From Squalus acanthias (taxonomy: Eukaryota), in NCBI GenBank assembly GCA_030390025.1, contig CM059432.1:44828001-44892000 (forward strand): DNA of 64,000 nt. The letters are read 5' to 3'. The translations under genes were made by a program, and so were the position numbers. The notes under the pieces were generated by a model. That model was not told where the DNA came from and did no database searches. It saw nothing but the letters and a program-made list of their open reading frames with translations. Below, in pieces: positions 40,041 through 51,145 of the stretch (position 1 is the first letter of the stretch; each line of letters opens with the position of its first letter).

Positions 40041-42441
40041 CTGAGTGCAGCGAGCACAGAGTGAACAACTGGGAGTTTAGTAAGTGTGGGAGTATTAAGG
40101 GTTAATCTCTTTTAAAATCTAGTGTTAATTGCTAGTAGCTCTTAAGTAAGATCAACTGTTTAATTTAAAATTTAAACTTTAAATTTTTAAGTTTCTTCAG
40201 GCATAAGCAGAGACAAACAAGCAAGCTCTCCTGCTGGAGAGCTGCTGTAGTTAGTTAATTAGCTAACTAGATTAAACTGGTTCCTGAAATAGTAGCAGAG
40301 CAATGCTGACTCATCTGAGTTACAAACGGTATAAACACAGGGGCCTGTGAATGCAGTGAGCACAGAGTGAACAACTGGGAGTTTGGTAAGTGTGGGAGTT
40401 TGGTGAAGTGGGGGAAGGAGGTGCTTGCTTTTCCTAACTTCTCCCGCAGAGCGGCGGCGGACCTGAGCGGGAACAGACCGAGGCCCGAGAGCGGGGATAA
40501 AAGCAGCAACAGACCTGCATCAACAAGAGAAAATGGCAATGTGACATCACAGGTAAGGCAGGTAAGTGATTGGTAGTGACTGTGGGCTAAGTTTTAAGTT
40601 AACATATAACTAAATTTTAAAAACTAAACTTAATTTAATTAATTTAATAAACTAAACAAGGTAAATAATTTGATTAACACTGAACTAATTAATTAAATAA
40701 GTAAAATAATGGGAGAACAGGAGATGTGTTGCTGCTGCAATATGTGGGAGCTTGTGGACAGTTTTGTCCAGGGCGAGTACATCTGCAGTAAGTGTCTGCG
40801 GCTTGAGGAACTTTGGCTTCGCATTGAGAAGCTGGAGTCCGAGCTACAGACATTGCGAGACATCAGGGAGGGAGAAAGTTACCTGACCTTTTGCTCCAGG
40901 AGGCAGCCACACCCCTTAGATTAAATACTTTTGAATTGACACGTGGTCAGGGACAGGAGGGTGTGACTGCGAGTGAGGCAGGTATGGGGATCCAGGAGGT
41001 AGTTTTGCAGGAGCCTCAGTCCCTGCACTTGTCCAATAGATTCAAGATTCTTGCAACCCTTGTGGACAAGTGCGGGGACTGCGGGGAGGATGTGCAAACT
41101 GACCATGGCACCGTGGTACAGGAAGCCGTTCAAGTGGGGGGAGTAAAAAGGAAGGTGGTTGTAGTAGGCAACAGTAAAGTTAGGGGGATAGACACTGTTC
41201 TCTGCAGCCAGGAGCGTGAGTCCCGAAGGCTATGTTGCCTACCAGGGTAAAGGACATCCCCTTCGGGCTGGAGAAGAACTTGGAGTGGGAGGGGGAGGAT
41301 CCAGTTGTCGTGTCCACGTAGGTACCAACGACATAGGTCGGGCAAAGAAAGAGGTTCTACTGAGAGAGTTTGAGAAGCTAGGGACTAAATTAAAAAACAG
41401 AACCACAAAGGTCATAATCTCTGGATTATTACCGGAGCCACGAACAAATTGGCATAGGGTCAATAGGATCAGGGAGATGAATGCGTAGCTCAAAGATTGG
41501 TGTGGGAGAAGTGGGTTTCGATTCGTGGGACACTGGCACCAGTACTGGGGAAAGAGAGAGCTGTTCCGTTGGGACGGACTACACCTGAACCATGCTGGGA
41601 CCATAGTTCTAGCGAATCGAATAACTAGGGAGGTAGATAGGGCTTTAAACTAAATAAGGTGAGGGAACGTCCCGGTGGAGTGAATTCTAGAATGCTAAGA
41701 GAAAAGACAAGGAAGCAGTGCAGGAGAGTGATTGGGGTAAGGATAACCAGATTGTGTCAAGAAGGGACAGAGCGTACAAACAAAGGAGAGCACTAACAAA
41801 TAGGGTCCGGGTAAGAAAAAATGGTAATAAGACAAATAGGGCCATAGGACAAAAAAATGTTAAGATGTCTAAAAATGTTAAAAAGACAAATCTAAAGGCA
41901 CTGTATCTGAATGCACGAAGTATTCGTAATAAGGTAGACGAATTAACCGCAAATAGATGTAAATGGATACGATATAATTGTGATTACGGAGACATGGCTG
42001 CAGGGTGACCAAGGCTGGGAGCTGAATATCCAAGGATATTTGATATTTAGGAAGGACAGGCAAAAAGGAAAAGGAGATGGGATGGCGTTGTTAGTAAAGG
42101 ATGAAATCAGAGCAATAGTGAGAAAGGATATTGGCTCAGAAATTAAAGATGTAGAATCAGTCTGGGTGGAGCTAAGAAGCACCAAGGGGCAGAAAACATT
42201 GGTGGGAGTTGTCTATCGGCCTCCAAAAAGTAGTGGTACTGTAGGGGATGGCATCAAACATGAAATTAGAGATGCATGTAACAAGGGTACTACAATAATC
42301 ATGGGTGACTTTAATCTACACATAGACTGGCCAAACCAAATTAGCAATAATATTGTGGAGGATGAATTGCTGGAGTGTGTACGAGATGGTTTTTTAGACC
42401 AGTACGTTGAGGAGCCAACTAGGGAACAGGCTATTCTTTAT
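40040..42441 (+). mobile_element. CR1 LINE 5' portion: 5' UTR, ORF1 (Zn-finger/leucine zipper + SGNH esterase) and ORF2 endonuclease
   Basis: CCCCNMW..YICSKCLRL; VVVGNS..RG, CCLPG, HVGTND, DGLHLN; then LKALYLNARSIRNK, ITETWL, IMGDFN. Confidence 0.92.
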
Positions 42442-42448
42442 TGAATTT

Positions 42449-45400
42449 AAAAAAAATTCGTTTATGGGATCAGGGTGTCGTTGGCAAGGCCAGCATTTAT
42501 TGCCCATCCCTAGTTGCCCTTGAGAAGGTGGTGGTGAGCCGCCTTCTTGAACCGCTGCAGTCCGTGTGGTGATGGTACTTCCACAGTGCTGTTAGGTAGG
42601 GAGTTCCAGGATTTTGACCCAGCGACGATGAAGGATCGGCGATATACTTCTAAGTCAGGATGGTGTGTGACTTGGAGGGGAACTTGGAGGTGGTGGTGCT
42701 CCCATGCTCCTGCTGCCCTTGTCCTTCAAGGTGGAAGAGGTCGCGGGTTTGGGAGGTGCTGCCGAAGAAGCCTTGGCGAGTTGCTGCAGTGCATCTTGTA
42801 GATGGTACACACTGCAGCCACGGTACACCGGTGGTGGAGGGAGTGAATGTTTAAGGTGTTGGATGGGGTGCCAATCAAATGGGCTGCGTTGTCCTGGATG
42901 GTGTCGAGCTTCTTGAGTGTTGTTGGAGCTGCACTCATCCAGGCAAGTGGAGAGTATTCCATCACACTCCTTACTTGTGCCTTGTAGATGGTGGAAATGC
43001 TTTGGGGAGTCAGGAGGTGAGACACTCGCTGCAGAATACCTAGCCTCTGACCTGCTCTTGTTGCCACAGTATTTATGTGGCTGGTCCAGTTAAGTTTCTG
43101 GTTAATGGTGACCCCCAGGATGTTGATAGTGGGGGATTCGGCGATGGTAATGCCATTGAATGTCAAGGGGAGGTGGTTAGACTCTCGCTTGTTGGAGATA
43201 GTCATTGCCTGGCACTTCTGTGGTGCGAATGTTACCTGCCACTTATCAGCCCAAGCCTGAACGTCATCCAAGTCTTGTTGCATGCAGGCATGGACTGCTT
43301 TATTATCTGTGGAGTTGCGAATGGCGCTGAACACTGTGCAGTCATTAGCGAACATCCCCATTTCTGACCTTATGTTGGAGGGAAGGTCATTGATGAAGCA
43401 GCTGAAGATGGTTGGGCCTAGGACACTGCCCTGAGGAACTCCTACAGCGATGTCCTGGGGCTGTGATGATTGACCTTCAACCACCACAACCATCTTCCTT
43501 TGTGCTAGGTATGACTCCAGCCAGTGGAGTGTTTTCCCCATGATTCCCGTTGACTTCAGTTTTACTAGGGCTCCTTGATGCCAGACTCAGTCAAATGCTG
43601 CCTTGATGTCAAGGGCAGTCACTCTCACCTCACCTCTTGAATTCAGCTCCTTTGTCCATGTTTGGACAAAGGCTGTAATGAGGTCGGGAGCCGAGTGGTC
43701 TTGTCGGAACCCAAACTGGGCATCAGTGAGCAGGTTATTGGTGAGTAAGTGCCGCTTGATAGCACTGTCGATGACACCTTCCATCACTTTGCTGATGATT
43801 GAGAGTAGACTGATGGGGCGGTAATTGGTCGAGTTGGATTTGTCCTGCTTTTTGTGGACAGGACATACCTGGGCAGTTTTCCACATTGTCGGATAGATGC
43901 CAGTTTTGTAGCTGTTTTGGAACAGCTTGGCTAGAGGCGTGGCTAGTTCTGCAGCACAAGTCTTCTGCACGATAGCCGGGATGTTGTCGGGGCCCATAGC
44001 CTTTGCTGTATCCAGTGCGCTCAGCCGTTTCTTGATATCATGTGGAGAAAATCGAATTGGCTGAAGACTGGCTTCTGTGATGGTGGGGACCTCGGGAGTA
44101 GGCCGATATGGATCATCCACTCGGCACTTCTGGCTGAAGTTGGTTGCAAACGCTTCAGCCTTGTCTTTTGCACTCATGTGCTGGGCTCCACCATCATTGA
44201 GGATGGGGATATTCTTCGAGCCTCCTCCTCCCGTTAGTTGTTTAATGGTCCACCACCATTCACGACTGGATGTGGCAGGACTGCAGAGCTTTGATCTGAT
44301 CCGTTGATTGTGGGATCGCTTAGCCCTGTCTATAGCATGCTGCTTTTGCTTTTTAGCATGCATGTAGTCCTGTGTTGCAGCTTCCCCAGGTTGGCACCGC
44401 ATTTTTAGGTACGCCTGGTGCTGCTCCTGGCATGCTCTTCTACACTCGTTGTTGAACAGGGTTGGTCCCCTGTCTTGGTGGTAATGGTAGAGTGAGGGAT
44501 ATGCCGGGCCATGAGGTTACAGATTGTGGTGAAATACAATTCTGCTGCTGCTGATGGCCCACAGCACCTCATGGATGCCCAGTTTGGAGCTGCCAGATCT
44601 GTTCTGAATCTATCCCATTTAGCACGGTGGTAGTGCCACACAACACGATGGAGGGTGTTCTCAGTGTGAAGACGGGACTTCGTCTCCACAATGACTGTGC
44701 AGTGTTCACTGCTGCCAATGCTGTCATGGACAGATGCATCTGCGACAGGTAGATTGGTGAGGACGAGGTCAAGTAGGTTTTTCCCTCGTGTTGGTTCTCA
44801 CCACCTGTAGCAGGCCCAGACTGGCAGTTATGTCCTTCAGGACTCGGCGAGCTCGGTTAGTAGTGATGCTACCGAACCACTCTTGGTGATGGACATTGAA
44901 GTCCCCCACCCAGAGTACATTCTGTGCCAATGCTACCTGCAGTGCTCCTTCCAAGTGATGTTCAACATGGAGGAGTACTGATTCATCAGCTGAGGGAGGG
45001 CAGTTGGTGGTAAACAGCAAGAGGTTTCCTTGCCCATGTTTCACCTTATTCCATGAGACTTCATGGGGTCTGAATTTAATGTTGAAGACTCTCGGCCACT
45101 CCCTCCCAACTGTATGCCACTGTGCTGCCACCTCTGGTGGTTCTGTCCTGCCGGTGGGACAGGACATTCCCAGAGATGGTGATGGAGGAGTTTGGAACAT
45201 TGGCTGAAAGGTATGATTCTGTGAGAATGAGTATGTCAGGCTGTTGCTTGATCAGTCTGTGGGACAGCTCTCCCAATTTTGGCACAAATCCCCAGATGTT
45301 CGTGAGGAGGACTTTGCAGGGTCGACAGGGCTGGGCATGCCTTTGCCATGTCCGAAATTGGTGCCTTGGTCGATGCCGGGTGATCGGTCCAGTTTTATTC

Positions 45401-45714
45401 TTGTTATTTTTCCGAGCGGTTTGAGTTGGATTGCTGGATCATTTCAGAGGCAACCACATTGCTGTTAATCTGGAGTCACATATAGGCCAGACTAGGTAAG
45501 GGCAGCAGATTTCCTTCCCTAAAAGACATTAGTGAACCAAATGGGTTCTTACGACAATCTGATAGTTTCATGGTCACCATTACTGATATTAGCTTTTTAT
45601 TCCAGATTTATTGAATTGAATTTAAGTTTCACAGCTTCCATTTGAAGTCATGTCTCTGGATTGTTAGTTCAGGCCTCTGGATTAGTTGTCCAGCAACATA
45701 ACCACATGCTACCG
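42449..45714 (-). mobile_element. Full-length tRNA-headed CR1-group LINE (family B): single EN-RT frame, no ORF1
   Basis: Head CGGTAGCATGTGG at 45714; EN starts at about 45320 (CKVLLTNIWG, PDILILTESYL, VGDFN); RT motifs ALDIKAAFD, GVPQGSVLGP, FANDC; stop at 42510-42512; AATAAA at 42496-42501; T8 at 42449-42456. Several frameshifts and stops. Confidence 0.9.
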
Positions 45715-46216
45715 TTGAGGTAGGAGAATTGCTCCCTGAACACCCTGGGTGGATATGGCCTCCTGCTGAGAGCCCTTCTGCCCCTTCTCCTCCTGCCTCT
45801 TCTAGCAGCTTGTCCTGCTCTGCGTTGTCTCTGCTCATTCTCCCCATCATGCTGCAGGCCAAGTGGGATATAAACTACTGCAACCATGCAACTGTTCTGA
45901 GCAGACCCCTTGCAAGTCAGTACCAAGTCCTTGAGCATGTGCCATACCACTCCTTGTAGACTTTAGGCAAATTTAAAGAAATCTAGAAAGCACCAACCAC
46001 TTCTACAAACTCAGCAACAGCTAGTAGAAATCAATCAGCAACTAACCTGTAAGTAGGTGATGATTCCCTTTCAATTGCGCTGGTGGGGGGGTCCATCCTG
46101 CTGCTGAACGCATGTTCAGCTGTGCAAGGTTAAGAGAGGGCGTTCGCTCCAGCGCTGAGGTTGAAAATGGCAGCGATGGCGTCAAATCAGTGTCACACTC
46201 TGATTGACGTCACGAT

Positions 46217-46575
46217 AGAATCATAGAAATTTACAGCACAGATGGAGGCCATTTGGCCCATCGTGTCTGTGCTGGCCGAAAAAGAGCTATCCAGCCTAAT
46301 CCCACTTTCCAGCACTTGGTCCGTCGCCCTGTAGGTTACGACACTTCAAGTGCAAATCCAAGTACTTTTTAAATGCAATGAGGATTTCTGTCTCTACCAT
46401 CCTTTCAAGCAGTGAGTTCCAGACCCCCACCACCCTCTGGGTGAAAAAAGTTCACCTCAACTTCCCTCTAATCCTTCTACCAATTACTTTAAATCTATGC
46501 CCCCTGGTTATTGACCTCTCTGCTAAGGGAACTAGGTCCTTCCTATCCACTCTATCTAGGCTCCTCAATTTTATA
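46217..46575 (-). mobile_element. CR1 3' fragment with CACGAT TSD
   Basis: CACGAT at 46211-46216 and 46576-46581; CR1 tail AGAATCATAG. Confidence 0.88.
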
Positions 46576-46763
46576 CACGATCTGCCTACTCTGCATACTT
46601 ACGGCATATGCTCCCAGCACTGACAGTAATGTCCTTACCAAAATGGTGTCCGGAGTGGCCCGCATCAGTAGTGTGCGTGCGCTGCTCAGATGCCATTTCG
46701 AGCCAATTCTGCACCTATAGCGCCCAAACAACGGGCGCTATGTAACCGAATGTTTAACCCTAT

Positions 46764-47660
46764 GGGGGAGAAATTCAGTATCGCCCCATTTGGGGCGCAA
46801 TTATCGACCGGGCGCAAAGATTAACGCCTGGCACTAATTATCGCCACCGACTGCAAACTTGACTTTTATCGCCCCTGGAGGTGATTGGAGCGCTAAATCA
46901 GGCGCTTCACACCTGTCTTAAGGCGCAAAGGCCGAGGAGCGAGGCGCTACCTCAGAGCGCTGGCGAAGCTCATGTAATGTCAGTCAGCAATGGAACACAC
47001 ACACAATGGCGCGGGCCAGTTCTTAAAGGGGATGGTTACTCTCACTTTCCATCCTCATCCTGCTAATTGCAGCCTTGAATCTTGGCCTGGAGAGACCGGC
47101 ACATCAAATCTGCTGGAAAGAACAATGGAGAGTACCAGGCAAAGAGCTCAGAGTGCAGCCCCCACAGTCTCTTCTAAATCGATACAAGGAATGGCAAATC
47201 AAAATGAACCTGCAAAGTGCTGCTCAGTACCCAAAACTCCTTCACACAATGTTGAAACTCTCCAGAAGTCTCTCTCTCTCTCTCTCTCTCAGAATGCGTA
47301 GTTCAAAAATGGCACCAACAATAAAAGGCAGGAAGCGGTCACCTTTAAATAGCGCTCCCCCTTTCCCTTCATGACTGCAGAACACTCCACTCAAACTGTC
47401 GTTGCTAGCGTCAGGCGGTAAGGCAGGGGGCGCCACTCAATATCCGCTCCGGGGCGATACTGGGGCGTTGCGCATTCGACTGATGTCATGATCTGCCGGC
47501 GCAGGAGATCGTGGCGGTAGTGTTTAGCGCCGCCGCAAAATGTCTAGTTAATTTCGCGAGCGGCGCAAACTTCGCCGCGCCTGGGCGCTAGATGCTTTGC
47601 GCCCCATTAGCGCCCTCTTAAGGCGCTAACGGGAGGCGCAACCAACTGAATTTTTCCCCC
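46764..47660. mobile_element. Harbinger-type MITE, 897 bp, TAT TSD
   Basis: TIR GGGGGAGAAATTCAGT vs reverse complement GGGGGAAAAATTCAGT; TAT on both sides; CpG-rich subterminal regions. Confidence 0.88.
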
Positions 47661-48495
47661 TATATCTTTAATCTATAAAACTTCCGTGTTAAAGACTGTC
47701 TCTTTAATTTCACATATAAACCTCTGATAATTCCTTGGATCCCAGTGCACCTGTCAGAGCTTTTAACAATCAAAGAAAATGTACGTTGGTTGACTGAAAG
47801 TCTAGTTCTTCTATTTTCTGCTGACTATAATCTCAAAAATGTCGGTCTGATCTCTTGGCTGCATGTTTTGTGTTTCTCATAATTTAAGGGTTAAACTCAG
47901 GAATGCCACTGTTTAACATCAGAGTATTCTACTGGGGCTGAAAATCTGTGACCCTTCCGACACACTTCTACTGTGACTTTGGCATCAATCAACCATAAGG
48001 GCCAGAAATTCCAGGCTCACAGTGTTCATCTGTACTATAAGCCAATTTACTGCCCACTACAGGCCCATCTCGAACCTCCCGCTCCTCTCCAAAGTTCTTG
48101 TACATATTGTTGCCTCCCAGATCCATGCCATTCTCTCTCGCAACTGCATCTTTGAATCCTTCCGATCAGGTTTCTGCCCTTCCCACAGGATTGAAACGGT
48201 CCTAACTGACATTTCCTGTGACTGTGATTAGGGTCCATTATCCCTCCTCATCATCCACGATTTCCTGCAGGCTTTGACATTTCATCCTCCTCCAGTGCCT
48301 CTCCTCCATTGTCCAGCTCGATGGGACTGCTTGCTTGATTCCAATTTTACCTATCCAATTGTAGCCAGGGTATCTCCAGCAATGGCTTCTCTTAACCCCA
48401 AACTGTCACCTCTGGTGTCCCCCAAGGATTCATTTTCAGGCCCCTTCTCTTCCTCAGCTGCATAGTTCCCCTTGATGACATCATCTGCAAAGATG

Positions 48496-48669
48496 AGTGG
48501 AGATTTTCAACCTGCCGCCTGGGCATAAAATTGCCATTGCAGATCGACCCATCAAGCTCATTATAGAAACCACTCAATTTTCATTTAATGCAAATTGGGC
48601 AGTTTCTATAAAGGTGGCCAATCCGCAATGTCAGTTTTATGCCCAGGCAGCAAGTTGAAAATCTACCCC
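48496..48669. mobile_element. Short palindromic MITE
   Basis: AGATTTTCAACCTGCCGCCTGGGCATAAAA pairs with TTTTATGCCCAGGCAGCAAGTTGAAAATCT. Confidence 0.8.
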
Positions 48670-49065
48670 ATAGGGTCAGCTTCCACATGAATGCTGACGA
48701 TATCTAGCTCTACTTCTTCACCTCAACCCCTTCACTGCGTCTGTGCTGTCATTCAGCTTGTCCTATATTAAATCTTGGATGAGCTGCAATTTCCTTCAAT
48801 TAAACATCGGGAAGACCAAAGCCATCCCATTCAACATTTGCCACAAACTCTGTACCCTTGCCACTGACCTCCCTGGCCATTGTCTTAGGTTGAATCAAAT
48901 TGTTCACAAATTCAGTGCCCTGTACGATCCTGAGCTGAGCTTTCAACCCCTCACAGCAAAAAGACCATCTCCATCTACCTCTGTCACATTGCCTGCCTCC
49001 ACCCTTACTTCAGCTTATCTGCCACCGAAAATCTCATTCATGCATTTCTTACCGCCAGACTTAAT

Positions 49066-49396
49066 GGGCTGGATTTTGATACGGGGCGGGTTGGGGTCGT
49101 GTCATCCGCATTTTGTGTTATCCACCCAACTGCAATTGGATGTGGGAGATTGATGCAATTTTCACCTAATTGGGCAATTGAGTTCCAGCATGTGGGAACC
49201 CATGAACCAATTAGTGGTTTCAGTCTGAAAGTCGCCTCTGATGATGTCATCATTGCTGATGCATTGAAGGTCAGAGACTGCCTGGCCTTTGCTGTGAGAG
49301 GACCAGAGAGAGAGAGATGCAGAGGGAGAGAGAGATGCAGAGGGAGAGAGAGATGCAGAGAGAGAGAGAGAGAAAGAGAGATGCAGAGAGAGAGAG

Positions 49397-49433
<37 letters not shown>

Positions 49434-49876
49434 GAGAGATGCATCCAGGTCCGCTCACAGCAAAGGCCAGGCAGTCTCCGAAGACCTTCAATGCAGCAGC
49501 ATCAGAGGCGACTTTCAGACCTAATACTACTACTACCTTCATCACATCTCCGTTGTAATAGTGGACCTGTAGCTGATAGTCAGCTATGTGCTCCCGCCAG
49601 CTTTCACATTTGTGGTTCAGAACAGGCGTGCTTCACGTAGAACAAGGGTTAAAATCACAAAGGCCTTTCAAAATGGCATTATAGAGCCAATTTAGTGCTT
49701 GTTAAGGGCCTTAACAGCCTATCCCACCTCTTAAAGGCGGGACGGAGTCGGGACCAGCAGACACGATTTAATGAAAATTGCGTGGAGGCGGACTTGTGCC
49801 CGCCCGCCAGTTTTTGCAATTTTAACCCCCCACACGCCTCCAAACCCGCCTCCACGGGTCAATGAAAATCCAGCCC
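49066..49876. mobile_element. Harbinger-type MITE, AAT TSD
   Basis: Perfect 12-bp TIR GGGCTGGATTTT/AAAATCCAGCCC; AAT on both flanks. Confidence 0.88.
49305..49442. repeat. (GA)n / GAGAGAGATGCA microsatellite
   Basis: Directly visible. Confidence 0.95.
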
Positions 49877-51145
49877 AATGAATCCAATGCTGTCCTGGCT
49901 GACTCCCAATCTCCATCCTTTGTAAACATTATCTCATCAAAAGCCGTGCTGCCTGTGTCCTATGCCACACCAGGTCACGCTCACTCCCTATCCTCGCTGA
50001 CCTATTTGGCTCCTGATCTCCCAATGCCTCAAATGTAACATTCTCATCATTCTGTTTAAATCTCTCCATGGCCTCGCCTTTCCCTACCTCTGTAACCTCC
50101 TCTAAAACTCCCGCCCTCCCCACCCACCCGACTCTCTGTTCTTCTGACTCCTGCCTCTTGTGCATCCCCCCTTCCCTTCGCTCCACCATTAGCGGCCTTG
50201 CTTTTAGCTGCCATACTCTAGTAAGATGCAAACATTGACACCACTGACAATTCTCTTTCTATTGTGTCCTGTTTGACAGGTAAAGCAAAAGTGATGGCAA
50301 ATATATAATATAAACTTCAAACAAAAGGAAAGAAAATTTACACATTGTCAGAACAAACTGAAGTCAGCATCATTAACAGTTTTTGAATAATTACAATGAC
50401 CCTAATTTTTAAAAAACATTACAGGAAAACAGACATTATTTTAAGCAGGAGAGAGGTGCCACAAAGCACATTTTCCCATTTACCTTTAATGTACTCTGTG
50501 TGGGTTAATGGCTACATTAAAATAACCAGACAGAAATTATGTATCTAAAGATAGTACATAGGAGAAAATAAATTTACTTGTGTCCTATTTGAGGAGTGTT
50601 GTGCGGTGAATCGGCGCGATCTTGAGATTGGAGTAAGAGGGCGTTCAAATGGAAGATGATTATTACACAACATTTGTAAGGCATTAGAGACACAGACCTT
50701 TGCCATGTGCCTATTTCTTACTCTAACATAAAGAGACAGCCATAATTGTCATAATTTTCGCAAGAGTAACAAGAATTCTCTTTCACTCACTTCCTTTCTA
50801 AGATCTATGTCTAATGGAGAAATACAGATCATCAAAAACCTTTCTCACCCACCTTGAAAAGTTGGCAAACCACAGGTTGGGCAACTGGGATGATATTTGA
50901 AAAATCCCTAATGATTCCCATTGTGCAATGATGTTAATTATGTGCTTACAAACCACTCACTTCCTGACCTATCACTGGCCTGGAAATTGCATACCCTCTT
51001 GCATACTAATACAAATTGGCCCACAGCTCTAAAAAGACTAACTTCAGACACACATGCAAGGAAGTCCAGTGCCAACTTTTGAGTACCGAAGCCCAACATC
51101 TTGCTACAGTAGTTACATGGTGAGAAGAATTTCTCTGCACACTAT

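Larger units (their letters stand above)
33743..46760. mobile_element. Harbinger transposon H3, expanded to 13 kb by nested LINE and PLE insertions
   Basis: TIR AGGCTAAAAATTCG vs reverse complement GGGTTAAACATTCG; flanks TAC/TAT. Host sequence resumes at 37776-37930 and 45715-46760 (transposase N-terminus RRPYPPRVFREQFSYLN). Confidence 0.85.
48040..50215 (+). mobile_element. L2 LINE remnant hosting two MITEs
   Basis: YRPISNLPLLSKVL, SGFCPSHRIETVL, IKSWMSCNFLQLNIGKT. Confidence 0.8.

Noticed and set aside
36022..42441. Single CR1 element with an internal inversion
   Set aside because: Harbinger host sequence resumes directly at 37776, so 36022-37775 is a separate 5'-truncated insertion.
49099..49640. 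ORFs with RE/RERC or LS repeats
   Set aside because: They are translations of the GA microsatellite.
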